Part shown: piece after piece, positions 26,001 through 33,895 of the stretch
How the letters are laid out: each line of letters begins with the position of its first letter
How positions within the stretch are numbered: the first letter of the stretch is position 1
Source: a virus
Taxonomy: Duplodnaviria; Caudoviricetes
Virus record (IMG/VR): IMGVR_UViG_3300042402_003952
Direction: 5' to 3' (one strand)
Length of the DNA stretch: 64,000 nucleotides
Program-made: the position numbers and the translations under genes
Notes under the pieces: generated by a model
The model's input: only the letters and a program-made list of their open reading frames with translations
Databases searched by the model: none
Told to the model about the DNA's origin: nothing

Positions 26001-26575
26001 AAATTGAAGATGTTACTTATGAAGGTGATTTTGGAATTATAGTTGGCATAAAAACTACCACTGTTGGTGTTGCATCCACTGGAATTGTATTTGATTTATT
26101 TGTTCCAACAGATTCTTACTTAAGAAATACTAACATTAATGTTGGAATTGCAACGACTGGTATTAGTGGTATTAAGACAGATTATTACTTTACAGTTTTC
26201 AATTCTAATATTGGATTTGGTATTACTTCTCTAGATTCCAACTCATCAATTGTTGGCGTTGGTACAACTTGTTTAGATAATGTTTATAAGGTTGCATCAG
26301 TTTCTATAGCATCTACAAGCGTTCCTGGAGTCGGCGTAACTAACGTTTCAAGAGTTGTGGTTAGTGTCTTGAATTATAATGGATTGACTGGAACTGGATT
26401 TAGTAATTTCTATGGTGAATTTAGTTGGGGCAGAATAAGTGTTCCTACAAGAAAGAATCCTACAATCTTTACAGCATATACTCGAAATGGCATATCTGGT
26501 CTTTCTACATCACCAATTGTTCAAAGATTAAATCCATTGAGATACGTTGGATATTCAACTACATTACAACAATAA
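14081..26575 (+). CDS. gp7: giant baseplate wedge/structural protein, gp7-like (4164 aa)
   Basis: Between gp6 and gp8; N-terminal QLPDFVLEEYP...FLKEYY and FYSSKGT...YKLLFKALF motifs; internal YHYH-type segment; many G-x-G-Y beta repeats. Confidence 0.75.
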   Translation: MADTRIKIGSIVQNQLPDFVLEEYPLVSEFLKEYYNSVEGQGSTLDILQNIDQYLKVDELYKSTFARTITVKPQSPQTFFQISGGYSVNDLIVLKNGTKLLKDTDYFATDGSSVILVTPAVPGDVLEFVVESPSSTILTSDVEFVDTTINVASTYGFPDTNGIIQIDSEIILYSSKTSTSFKDCTRGFSGITSYRASNQPDQLVFSTSEIAEHTSKTTVANLSSLFLKEFLTKIKSQLVPGFENRTLAEGLDERNFIKNAKSFYSSKGTDDSYKLLFKALFGQEVSVIKPRDYLLKPSDAQYRVVRDLVVESISGDPMDLENRTLYQDQVGGYNKAYGSVTKVEKIQRSGRTFYVLSLDYDYNKDLTVSGSIYGNFSIHPSTKVIAGVSTSSTVIDADSTIGFPSNGQLDFNVNGIDYTISYFNKNTTQFYITSSPSISIPTGTDLKLNQYAYANVGVSTVKVRITGVLSEVDYDSRNTLMKKGDSLSAVSLGYNPKGILANNWIFNLATKYNVKTISGPNSSNLITNVFTYEVSTYDPHSFSLGDNLRLINPNGDKDNYKVVSVNNEYSIVVEGVKINNLTLKYVIERILKKPKFTNYTDVNSYSANIQNVYLNNEDEIYVTSNSLPNYLDEDVNTKNTNVIFSGIFNGETLDLSSGNPTNLHGFITGDAIVYSRNAFNPDEYLNISEKTYFVKRVDNTTIKIASSKTDLYKNKFVTVSGTAKNNIFKRLKFNISPLSQQGYIKKISKPVSADVVSETPTGPVGIFVNGVEAYSYKSTDKVFYGGIQSINVIGGGENYDVINTPTVLVEDSVGYGASAFAHVVGKLEKIDVIDGGFDYLEDPIITITGGNGYGAYAKPNMTSFRHSVSFNSIQSSGFVNLTTNTIGFSSYHKFRDYERVTYLTEGQTGVGGLSTNAQYHVSVQDAYNVRLHKTLDDAVSGINTVDLTSYGVGIHLIESTLSKRKISNVSVLNLGSGYTNKKISCAISGIHTSSNTIKIIDHGYKTGEIVVYNSTGSAVGGLSNNQSYYITAVNKDEFKLSQVGIATTNKDFYFKTKQFINLTSVGSSYHTFNYPNIVVSVSGKIGVSTLTGQDFSAKLQPSFKGEISNIFIKDSGVGYGSSEIINYERQPKITLGIGSGAQLSPVLNGGRITEVIVLNSGNNYTSAPKIEVLGIGTGAVLTPIVNSGKIVEVKVVNGGVGFNTTGTFLNIVPSGNGFSHEVKIKSWTINTVERYLNDEQIVDDDGVVEVSSYTVSGSQYCHLYAPRKLRRSVFGIDYVNGNKVYVPDLKLVNNREVVSTTHSPIIGWAYDGNPIYGPYGYSEKTGGSVRELTSGYISLPSSDRPDPISTTGQRIYPEGFFVEDYQYNASGDLDEHNGRFCVTPEYPNGTYAYFTTINNGLTETAGVFRNYKKPVFPYIVGNTFKSTPIDVNYDRNINQNNFNYTESGIWRNTKPYNLKSNNSGYDFVFDPLKVRKPVVTVRSTSVGQLSNVGVVTGGSGYKVGDTINFNNTNSGGFNAYGQVSFVKGKEIKSISFASTYTQGVEFYPYNNGNKLVGFSSLPHSFISNDIVSISGLSTSVKIFNSFFVVGVNTHTLVLSKAVGNSTSTGIVTYFDINGSLDFSYIRENDVYKVENEKVKVLSVDELSSRIKVLRGYDSTVGVSHTASTVLYEQTRKFTIGFRNNNSNFNFNFNRELYFNPTESLSLGTTSGVGIGSTLYFSNPGAGITNIFVPTKTIYLQSHSLNTGDELIYSSNGGSPFFVSDDGASSFQLLDNQVIYVAKVSDDLIGISTNKVGLGSTGSFVGINSSILTSTVYFTNVGSGVNHSFKTNYSNVLTGEVLRNTVTVAAASTHGLERGDSIFIDSLPGITTNVVIKYNDENKRLLVNPRSFTASAVNLSDNKIYIENHEYTTGQKVVYNATTSIGGLENDKIYYIVRYNKDYIRLSSSYYNATKEVPEIIDFTSTSEGSISLVNPSIPIIPNQTINFDLSDRSLSFTKNANLYSAFDFVIYSNSNFTKVFDKIEGSSNFSVIKTGKIGIDSTSSVKLTTSGVETDLYYRLVPVDLFNNSTVKKEIIIDDENVDSNNTLKLTRSSYSGFHNVVGVGQTTFTFNIIDYPEKTSYTSSDGLFEYFTDSKTAIGAISEIDLLSGGKNYQSLPGITSVFSEIGRDAILNPNTSSIGNINRIDIDDIGFDYPSDITLSPSSKLPQVLKVKPLSTFDNIGVSSVGINYTLSPNLVVIDSVTNKVVTDVDLKFNIKTKEVDIIKNTDGINNATPRIVPINNSNGVSIDNVTFNNSTKDVTIELGVNYSFGQTFPFNVGDRVLVENVSVGIATTAKGYNSKNYDYALFTLTSVSPQYGGSGASITYNLSNYLSGSEIPGTFNAENSAGIVVPEKYFPVFNPVLKPGAFIVGEKVTSESYSGTVLEWNSDTEQIKVSSSDSFDQGKFIRGETSNAKGTIGDVQDFNAVYLIGPSAVVNKGWNKETGFLNNALQVTSDNNYYQYFSYSIKSKVDYETWNESIGNLNHTVGFKKFGDLEIESIDASFTGISTAQNEGSFIGISDLIQEIDLNCVNDFDLAREKTIKISDNYISNEIILNTVSLQDEFQSLGNRVLMIDDFSDQFSNVPAENNYANADTFRLSDIRSKKYVTYVRDKRFTGLRQVYLVSLLHDGLEGYLSQYARVETNRDLGSFDFSIFGSEGTLRFYPLNFLVNDYDISVMSYGITDIISGIGSTSLGNIVELKSSTATIPSGTSSQTTIVGIGSTYRASKVLVELSSTNGEYYEFNELTLIHDGNNVSILEYGQLSNESRVRYVGDGIGSYTAYISGSNINLDFTPNVGLGTTYIANTVRVSVASTIGTNTGSLTFNTGQVQSSYVSISSSPTPTQNKISTYSLDHSGAYYFVVVEDKTNNTYQASEITVVDDDTDAYLAEFGIVESSSGLGTMGVGVGATGTSLYFTPNPNINVDVRVYQHAMRVVDVDNSFEFYSLENARIDSKFTGYQGTYNSIKKSFNLYHQQNPIFQRVFNASDSTIVDITKDTIRIPKHYFVTGEELAYSEGDGSPIGIATTTITGIGTTDKLPSSVFVVKVNDLNIKLASSAQNALKTVPEVFSLTSVGIGTTHKLTSLKQNAKSLISIDNLIQTPIVSTSTTTFLSRSSSLNENTITLSGITSIFGGDLLKVDNEIIKVNTVGFGSTNVLLVDRGWMGTDPANHLNGSLITKITGNYNIIDNTIHFVEAPYGNSPIGTITNKPDSRDYTGITTRSTFSGRVFLRSGLENGTLDSYDKNYIFDGLSEQFTGIQTQFKLTSNKSDVSGISTGSIILLINNIFQEPQRLGTISIQGDYKMSDGAGITTLAFTGSISSTSYDVNTASIPRGGVIVSVASSQGFGYQPLVSAGGTSIVSVGGTISSISVGNIGSGYRGQSKYEIITQTSTSISAGSTIIPINNSNGVIQKLSLSSSNTINIGSTFIDVPIVGVGISHVLIGSGNTSSQGITADSTVLISLNSPTIGFVDVGVKTASIGNVNYEFIGFATISSGHVSNNVTITNPGSGYTSSNPPVVVFDSPLSYSNIPLIYAPGYSGIGTAATVNIVVGQASSITDFEIKNLGYAYKVSEVLTVPTGGLTGIPTDPSKPFRNFELSIDQVFSDAFSAWSVGDLQVIDKIENLFNGTRRTFPIKINGTQTSIRARVGSNIDVQATLLVFINDVLQVPGSGYIFKGGSIITFTEAPKEGDSCKIIFYKGTESVDVLFADILETIKIGDDVRLNSDNVLLKEDDRLVTEIVASDTIQTNSYPGPGLTLDEDLSRPLIWCRQTEDKIINGKEIGKDRELYEPLIQPLSNIISNVGIGSTEIFVQSVKIFFDDSRENATIPFKTKILVTSQDTIVGASATAIVSAAGTVSSISLSNSGSGFTTTPSVTISNPIGFGTSVGIGSTALAISSITSGIVTSFTITNPGFGYTSSKPPQVLIEYPALNYEKIEDVTYEGDFGIIVGIKTTTVGVASTGIVFDLFVPTDSYLRNTNINVGIATTGISGIKTDYYFTVFNSNIGFGITSLDSNSSIVGVGTTCLDNVYKVASVSIASTSVPGVGVTNVSRVVVSVLNYNGLTGTGFSNFYGEFSWGRISVPTRKNPTIFTAYTRNGISGLSTSPIVQRLNPLRYVGYSTTLQQ

Positions 26576-26576
26576 C

Positions 26577-26584
26577 TATAAATA
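26577..26584 (+). promoter_or_regulatory. T4-type late promoter TATAAATA
   Basis: Exact consensus 17 bp upstream of gp8. Confidence 0.8.
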
Positions 26585-26600
26585 GATAAAAAACGGTAAA

Positions 26601-28157
26601 ATGTCTGCAATTATAACTGATCAACTTAGAGTATTAAACGCAAAGAATTTTGTCGCAGCAGCTACTTCAACCACAAGTAGCTATTATACCTTTGTAGGTC
26701 TTCCAAATGCATCAAATTACGATGCAAATTGGGATTCTGTTCCTCCAGCACCAAAAGATTCTTTTGATGAACAGAATGATTACTGGGATACAATGATTGC
26801 ATTGAAGAAAATTTTGAGTAGTGATGTTCGTCAAGTGGTTAGAAAAGTCACTTGGACAACAGGAACAATTTATGATATGTATAGGCATGATATTAATAGA
26901 ACTAAAGTATCAGTACCATCAAATTCCACAAATTTATATTCAGCAAACTACTATGTAGTTAATAGTGATTATAGAGTTTATATTTGTCTTTATAATGGTG
27001 TTGATCCAGAAAATCCTAGCGGAAAACCATCTCTAGATGAGCCAACTTTTACTGATTTAGAACCAAGATCAGCGGGAGACAGCGAAGACGGTTATATATG
27101 GAAATATTTGTTTACCATTAAACCAAGTGAACTGGTAAAATTTGATTCTACTAATTTTATTCCTGTTCCTTCTGATTGGGAAACAAATTCAGATTATTCT
27201 GCAGTTAGAAATAATGCGCTAACAAGTGGTCAAATTAAAATTGTAACAGTAACTAATAGAGGCGTAGGTTTAGGAACTGCAAGTAGAACTTATACCAGAG
27301 TTCCTATTTACGGCGATGGCGCTGGAGCTGAGTGTACTATTACAGTCAATGCCGACTCAAAAGTAGGATCTGTAATAGTCACAAATGGTGGTTCTGGATA
27401 TACTTATGGAACAATTGATTTAGTTTCTGGAACTGTTCCAACTGGATCATCTAGTCCAGTTTTTGATGTTATTATTCCACCACAAAACGGACATGGATAT
27501 GACATTTATAGAGAGTTGGGTGCGTACAGAGTTTTAGTTTATTCAAGGATTGAAAATGATAATGAAAATCCAGACTTTATAACAGGAAATCAAATAGCAA
27601 GAGTTGGAATAGTACAAAATCCTTTGTCTTATAATTCAGACTCGGTTTTAAATGAGAGTAAAGCTAGTTCACTATCTGCCTTAAAATTAGTAGGAACTGG
27701 ATATAGCACCGCAAATTTTATTGCTGACAGTTTAATATCTCAAACTATTGGTGTAGGATCTACTGCAGTTGGTAGAGTAGTTTCTTATGATAAGAATACT
27801 GGAGTATTAAAGTATTGGCAAGATAGAACTTTGGTTGGATTTAATAGTGATGGATCTAAAAATCCAGATACGTTGTATGGATTTAAATTGCATAGATTTA
27901 CAGCATTTCCAGAAACAGGTGGATCATTGACAATTACAGCATCTGGAGTTAGTGGTCTTGGTATTGATACATCATTTACAGGTGTCTCTACCACAATAAA
28001 TAATAGAAAGTATTACCTTGGGCAAACATTTTTTAATGGAACCTCAAATCCAGAGGTTGAGAAGTATTCCGGTAATATAATTTATGTTGATAATAGACCT
28101 TCCATAACTAGGTCGTCTAATCAAAAAGAAGATATCAAAGTCATTTTGCAATTCTAA
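26601..28157 (+). CDS. gp8: baseplate wedge subunit gp8
   Basis: RKVTWTTGTIYDMYRHD, YRVYICLYNG, DGYIWKYLF, C-terminal YSGNIIYVDNR...QKEDIKVILQF. Confidence 0.92.
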   Translation: MSAIITDQLRVLNAKNFVAAATSTTSSYYTFVGLPNASNYDANWDSVPPAPKDSFDEQNDYWDTMIALKKILSSDVRQVVRKVTWTTGTIYDMYRHDINRTKVSVPSNSTNLYSANYYVVNSDYRVYICLYNGVDPENPSGKPSLDEPTFTDLEPRSAGDSEDGYIWKYLFTIKPSELVKFDSTNFIPVPSDWETNSDYSAVRNNALTSGQIKIVTVTNRGVGLGTASRTYTRVPIYGDGAGAECTITVNADSKVGSVIVTNGGSGYTYGTIDLVSGTVPTGSSSPVFDVIIPPQNGHGYDIYRELGAYRVLVYSRIENDNENPDFITGNQIARVGIVQNPLSYNSDSVLNESKASSLSALKLVGTGYSTANFIADSLISQTIGVGSTAVGRVVSYDKNTGVLKYWQDRTLVGFNSDGSKNPDTLYGFKLHRFTAFPETGGSLTITASGVSGLGIDTSFTGVSTTINNRKYYLGQTFFNGTSNPEVEKYSGNIIYVDNRPSITRSSNQKEDIKVILQF

Positions 28158-28163
28158 AGAATT

Positions 28164-31100
28164 ATGCCACAGCAAACTAACCTAAACGTATTTCCATATT
28201 TTGATGACTTTGATCGAGAAAATCAATACTATAGAGTTCTTTTTAAGCCAGGTTATCCAGTACAGGCTAGAGAACTAACAACATTACAATCAACTCTCCA
28301 AAGTCAAATAGAACAACTTGGAGATCACTTTTTTAAGGAAGGATCGGTTGTAATTCCTGGAAATATTAACTATGTTGATAATTATTATGCAGTAGAACTC
28401 CAAGAAAATTATCTTGGATCGGCAGTTTTAGATTATTTGCCATACTTGATTGGAGCAAGAATTAGAGGATCTAGTAGTGGTGTTAGAGCTCAGGTAGTTG
28501 GAATTTTAGATTTAACTAATTCGGAAAGAGGAAATAATACACTATATGTAAATTTTTTAGGATCAGATACTGCTACTAATAGTTTACAAGGTTTTGCTGC
28601 GGATGAAATTTTAATCGTAGAAGACGGAATATTTGAAACAAGTACCATAAATGAAGATAATTCAGTAATTATTCAACCCGGAGATGGATTTGCACTGACT
28701 ATAGGTGGAAATCCAAATTCAATTGCCTCTTCTGCTCACATATCTAATGGTGTTTATTATTTAAGAGGACATTTTGTAGATGTTGAAGAACAATCAATTC
28801 TTCTAGATCAATATGGAAATAAACCAAGTTATAAAGTTGGTTTAGAAGTTACAGAAACTATCGTAAATTCCGATTTTGATATTGATATTAATGACAATGC
28901 TCAGGGATTTTCAAATTATGCGGCACCAGGTGCTGACAGATTGCAGATTCAGGCAATACTTACAAAAATACCATTAGATAATACATCTTCAGAATTAACT
29001 TCTAATTTTGTACAACTTTTAGAAGTTAGAAATGGAATTTTACAACAACAGATTACCAATCCCGATTATAATATTTTTGAGAAGGAGCTAGCAAGAAGAA
29101 CATATGACGAATCTGGAAATTATTATGTAAAACCACCAACTCTTGTTGTTAATGAAACTCTAGATGATCTAAAAGGAAATAATGGTGTGTTTAGAGATGG
29201 ACAATTAACATACAATAATAATAAAGCATCTGATGAGTTAGGAACTTATGTTATATCTCCATTAAAGGCATTTGTAAGCGGATATGAAATAGATGTAGTA
29301 GGAACAACATATCTTGATTTTGAAAAACCAAGAACTACAAAATTACTAGAAGATCAAAGCGTAAATTATGTTACAGGACCAACTTATACTCTCAACAGAG
29401 TATATGGATCACCATCACTTGGAATTTCAACTTCATATGCATTAAGTTTAAGAGATCGTAGAGTAGGGTCAAACCAGACTAGTGCTGCAGGAAAAGAAAT
29501 AGGACTAGCAAGAGTATATGATTTTGCACTGGAGTCTGGATCTTATAACACTTCCACTCCAAATGCTAATGAGTGGGATATTGCTTTATATGATATTCAA
29601 ACTTATACTGAAATTTCTTTAAATGAACCAATCACACTTACTACACCAACTTATATTAAAGGAAAATCTAGTGGGGCAACTGGTTTCCTAAGATATAATG
29701 CTTCTAATTCAGGTATTATAACAGCATATAATACGAAAGGATCATTTTTAGTTGGTGAAAGATTTATATTTGATGGTATAGAAAATACAAGAGTTTCCAC
29801 TGCTCTCACTGCATATTCTACAAATGAAGTAAGATCTTTGTATGGAATAGTGGGAAGTGGATCAACATTTACTGCAGATATTAAGCAATCTGTACTAGCA
29901 AATGTTGGACAAGTAAAAATAACTGCTACTGGCGGTGGAATTAGCACTGTAACCTCCTCTGACTTTATCTTCACAGGAATTGCAACTGTTGGAGGAACTG
30001 TTGCATTTTCAAATCCAGGTCTATCGGTAAATACCTTTGCTAAAATAGAAACAGTTTCTCAGAGTTCTATTACAATTTCTGGTGTAACTACAGTTTCTGG
30101 TGTCTGTGATGGTGGACTACCTACATCTGACATTAACCCAAGTGATTTTAGAGTTTTATATTCTAATTTCCAGTCATCAATTGATAATACATTATATACA
30201 ACACTACCAAAGAGAAATATTGCTTCAGTGGACTTGACGGACTCATCATTAACCGTAAGAAATCAATATAATGTAACTATTACTACCAATTCTACGAATA
30301 CAGTTTCTGCAGAATCCACTGAAACTTTCTTACCATTTGATGAAGAAAGATATGTACTTATCACTAATTCTGGTGTTACTGAGAGTTTAAGTTCAGATAA
30401 ACTTGTATTTTCTAATGGCGGCAGAGAATTAACGATTAATGGATTACAAACTACTTCTGGAACAGGAAGATTAATTGCAACACTAAGAAAAACGAATATT
30501 AAGTCAAAAGTTAAGAATAAAAATAGAGTAAAGACAATTGTAGTTGATAAGTCTAAGTATGCTTATTCCGGTGTAGGTGCCACTACGAATAATGATGGAC
30601 TTACTTATGGAACTTATCCATATGGAACAAGAGTTCAGGACGAAGATATTTGTTTACTTGAACCAGATGTAACAATACTATATGGAATATATGAATCAAA
30701 TGATACATCTGAACCAGAACTTCCAAATCTAACACTTTCTTCAATTATCAGTCCAACAGGAAAAACTGATGATTTGTTAGTTGGCGAAGAATTTGTAGGA
30801 TCTACCAGTAGTGCAGTTGGTGTTTATGCAGAAAAACTAAATGCAACAAAAATATCATATGTGGTATTGAATTCTAATAGATTCCAAGTGGGTGAAATAA
30901 TTACATTTAAAGAATCAGGCATAACAGCTACTGTTACTGCGTTTGATGCTGGTGATAATAACATCACTGCAAATTATACTTTTGATAATGGTCAAAGAAA
31001 TACAATTTATGACTACTCTAGAATTACAAGAAAATCAAATTCAAAGGAACCAGTTAGAAAACTAAAGATTGCTTACGAATCTGCAAGTTTTTCAACTTCA

Positions 31101-33848
31101 GATACTGGAAATATTACCACTGCAGATTCATATAATCAATTTGATTATTGCGACATTCCAAGTGTAAATGGAATTAGAAACACAGATATTCTTGATATTA
31201 GACCAAGAGTTTCAAACTTTGCAGTAACTACATCGGCATTATCTCCATTTGAATTTAATGCTAGAAGTTTCACATCAAGTGGAAATTCTGCTTCTAATGT
31301 TTTAGCATCCGATGAATCTATACTGTTAAACTATTCTTATTACTTACCAAGAATTGATAAAATTTATTTAACAAAAGATGGCGTATTCCAACTAAACAAA
31401 GGAGAACCTGCAGATAATCCACAACCTCCAGTGGATATTGACGATGCATTAAATATTGCAACCATTACATTACCAGCATATCTCTGTAATGTTAATGATG
31501 CAAGTCTAAATCTTGCAGAACACAAGAGATATAGGATGAAGGATATTCATTCTCTTGAAAATAGAATCAAGAACTTAGAATATTATACTTCACTTTCTCT
31601 ATTAGAAACTGATACTTCAAATCTATTCATTAGAGATGTAAATGGTCTTAATAGATTTAAGTCAGGATTTTTTGTAGATGACTTCTCAACAACTTCTGCA
31701 CAGAAAAAAGTAACTATAGTAAAGAATAGTATTGATATTGAGAATTCTGAATTAAGACCTTCACATTATACCACAGAAGTTGACTTAATTATTGGATCCA
31801 ATTCATTAATCGGTTTAGGAGTTACTGCCAATCCACAAGCAGATCTTAGATACGTAACAGATCTTAATGGAACTAATATTGCAAAAAGCAAAGAGTTAGT
31901 AACTTTGAATTATGTTGAAGTTGAGGAAATAGTTCAACCATACGCAACTAGAATTGAAAGCGTATCTCCATTTAGAGTAGGATATTATGGAGGAACTATT
32001 AATCTTATTCCTTCATCAGATGTTTGGGTTGATACTGTAAGACTCCTAGCGAATACAACTGAAATATCAACAAACTATATTCAGTCCGAGTCTCAAATTA
32101 CTGCGGCAGAACTGGATAAACAATCTGGATTTGGTCCTGTAACCTGGGGATCTTGGGAGACTGTATGGACTGGATCCACAAAAGCAGTAGATACAAGAAC
32201 TGTTAATGTTGGATATTATATTATCAAAGAAGATCTTGAGACAACCACAAAAACAGGAACTAGTACCAGAACTGGCGTTAGAAAGATCACTAAAGACGAG
32301 TTTAAGAATGTTTCTCTCGGAGATACTGTTCTCAGCACAGAAATAAGTTCTTATATGAGATCCAGAAATATTGAATTTGTTGCTAAGAGACTAAAACCAA
32401 TTACTAGAGTTTATTCATTCTTTAATGGTGTTGATGTTAATAGGTATATTACTCCGAAATTACTAGAAATCAGTATGATTTCTGGAACATTCCAAGTAGG
32501 AGAAACAGTTGAAGGAACGATAGTATCATCTTCAACATCCGGACTAGGAGTAATTCAATCTGATCCAAAAATAACCTTTAGAGTTGCAACTGCTAATCAT
32601 AGATATGGTCCATATAATTTACCTACTGATATATCCAAAGCTAATCCATATAATGTAGCAGAAACACTACCTTCTGAGTATTCTTCTACTTCAACAGTAT
32701 TAAATATTGATACTTTTAGTCTTTCACAACAACCTCAAGGTGAATTTAGTGGATTTGTCCAATCTGGAATGAAATTAAGAGGTCAAACAAGTGGAGCAGA
32801 GGCAACAATAACTCAGGTCAGGCTAGTAACTGATCGCAATGGAGTCGTGATGGGATCGTTCTTTATTCCCAATCCAAATGTATTTGGTAATCCCACATTC
32901 CAAACAGGAACAAAACTGTTTAGAATGACTAGTAGTTCAACCAATTCGTTGATAGATTCAACTATCACTAGTGCTGAAGAAAAATTCTATTCGGAAGGAA
33001 AAATTAATAGAGTTCAAGAAAATATTCTTTCTGTGAGAACAGTAAGAACTGAAACTCAGACAGTAATTGAGAGTAAAGTAGAATCTTCAACTGGACCTAC
33101 TGCTGTTGTTGCTACAACTATTGTCGGAAATACATTACCACCTTATGTACCACCTGCACCTCCAGTTCTACCTACACCAAATGATGATGGAATTGTTCCA
33201 TTAGATGAGAGTCTTGGATCACAAGAACCTCAATCTACTTACCCAGAACCAGAACCACCGATTGATCCTCCTATAGAATCTGATCCTCCAGTCAATGATG
33301 TTCCACCACCACCATCTATACCAGAGGACGGCACACCAAAAGATCCTAAAAAGAATAAAAATGTTAGAACTTCTTATACTAATGTAGATGGAGTATCAAC
33401 TCCATTTACACAAGTAAAATATAAAGGTAAGTGGTACACTGGTCCAGAATTGATCAAGAAGATAGGTAAGAAAGCAGCTGCATCAGAGTTTAGAAAAAAT
33501 AATGTTAAACTAACTGAACTTGACAAAAATCCAATTTATGCAGCACTTTCTCTTAACAACAAAGAAACTAAAGTGTCTAAAGGTACTGTTTTTACACTAC
33601 AAAATACTTTACCAGGAACACCTGAACGAGCACAAGCAGAACTATTGAGAAAGAATAAACTAACAGGACAGCAAAAAATTAAACAAGGTTCTACTGGATT
33701 TAAAGCGACAGCTCTTGGTGTAGTTAAGGTTCCTGCTATTAAAAACAAGGGTAGTAATTCAACAAGAACAAATCCACCACCGGCACCGCCAACACAGCAA
33801 CAGCAACAGCAACAAAAACAACAACAAAATAAGAACAAAAGAAGATGA
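28164..33848 (+). CDS. VrlC-like / DUF4815-type virion structural protein (1894 aa)
   Basis: NLNVFPYFDDF...YYRVLFKPGYPVQARELTTLQS, NYAAPGADRL, RFKSGFFVDDF. Confidence 0.85.
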   Translation: MPQQTNLNVFPYFDDFDRENQYYRVLFKPGYPVQARELTTLQSTLQSQIEQLGDHFFKEGSVVIPGNINYVDNYYAVELQENYLGSAVLDYLPYLIGARIRGSSSGVRAQVVGILDLTNSERGNNTLYVNFLGSDTATNSLQGFAADEILIVEDGIFETSTINEDNSVIIQPGDGFALTIGGNPNSIASSAHISNGVYYLRGHFVDVEEQSILLDQYGNKPSYKVGLEVTETIVNSDFDIDINDNAQGFSNYAAPGADRLQIQAILTKIPLDNTSSELTSNFVQLLEVRNGILQQQITNPDYNIFEKELARRTYDESGNYYVKPPTLVVNETLDDLKGNNGVFRDGQLTYNNNKASDELGTYVISPLKAFVSGYEIDVVGTTYLDFEKPRTTKLLEDQSVNYVTGPTYTLNRVYGSPSLGISTSYALSLRDRRVGSNQTSAAGKEIGLARVYDFALESGSYNTSTPNANEWDIALYDIQTYTEISLNEPITLTTPTYIKGKSSGATGFLRYNASNSGIITAYNTKGSFLVGERFIFDGIENTRVSTALTAYSTNEVRSLYGIVGSGSTFTADIKQSVLANVGQVKITATGGGISTVTSSDFIFTGIATVGGTVAFSNPGLSVNTFAKIETVSQSSITISGVTTVSGVCDGGLPTSDINPSDFRVLYSNFQSSIDNTLYTTLPKRNIASVDLTDSSLTVRNQYNVTITTNSTNTVSAESTETFLPFDEERYVLITNSGVTESLSSDKLVFSNGGRELTINGLQTTSGTGRLIATLRKTNIKSKVKNKNRVKTIVVDKSKYAYSGVGATTNNDGLTYGTYPYGTRVQDEDICLLEPDVTILYGIYESNDTSEPELPNLTLSSIISPTGKTDDLLVGEEFVGSTSSAVGVYAEKLNATKISYVVLNSNRFQVGEIITFKESGITATVTAFDAGDNNITANYTFDNGQRNTIYDYSRITRKSNSKEPVRKLKIAYESASFSTSDTGNITTADSYNQFDYCDIPSVNGIRNTDILDIRPRVSNFAVTTSALSPFEFNARSFTSSGNSASNVLASDESILLNYSYYLPRIDKIYLTKDGVFQLNKGEPADNPQPPVDIDDALNIATITLPAYLCNVNDASLNLAEHKRYRMKDIHSLENRIKNLEYYTSLSLLETDTSNLFIRDVNGLNRFKSGFFVDDFSTTSAQKKVTIVKNSIDIENSELRPSHYTTEVDLIIGSNSLIGLGVTANPQADLRYVTDLNGTNIAKSKELVTLNYVEVEEIVQPYATRIESVSPFRVGYYGGTINLIPSSDVWVDTVRLLANTTEISTNYIQSESQITAAELDKQSGFGPVTWGSWETVWTGSTKAVDTRTVNVGYYIIKEDLETTTKTGTSTRTGVRKITKDEFKNVSLGDTVLSTEISSYMRSRNIEFVAKRLKPITRVYSFFNGVDVNRYITPKLLEISMISGTFQVGETVEGTIVSSSTSGLGVIQSDPKITFRVATANHRYGPYNLPTDISKANPYNVAETLPSEYSSTSTVLNIDTFSLSQQPQGEFSGFVQSGMKLRGQTSGAEATITQVRLVTDRNGVVMGSFFIPNPNVFGNPTFQTGTKLFRMTSSSTNSLIDSTITSAEEKFYSEGKINRVQENILSVRTVRTETQTVIESKVESSTGPTAVVATTIVGNTLPPYVPPAPPVLPTPNDDGIVPLDESLGSQEPQSTYPEPEPPIDPPIESDPPVNDVPPPPSIPEDGTPKDPKKNKNVRTSYTNVDGVSTPFTQVKYKGKWYTGPELIKKIGKKAAASEFRKNNVKLTELDKNPIYAALSLNNKETKVSKGTVFTLQNTLPGTPERAQAELLRKNKLTGQQKIKQGSTGFKATALGVVKVPAIKNKGSNSTRTNPPPAPPTQQQQQQQKQQQNKNKRR

Positions 33849-33895
33849 TAGACAACAGCAATAGAAATAAATAATCTTATCAAAAAGTATTTAAA

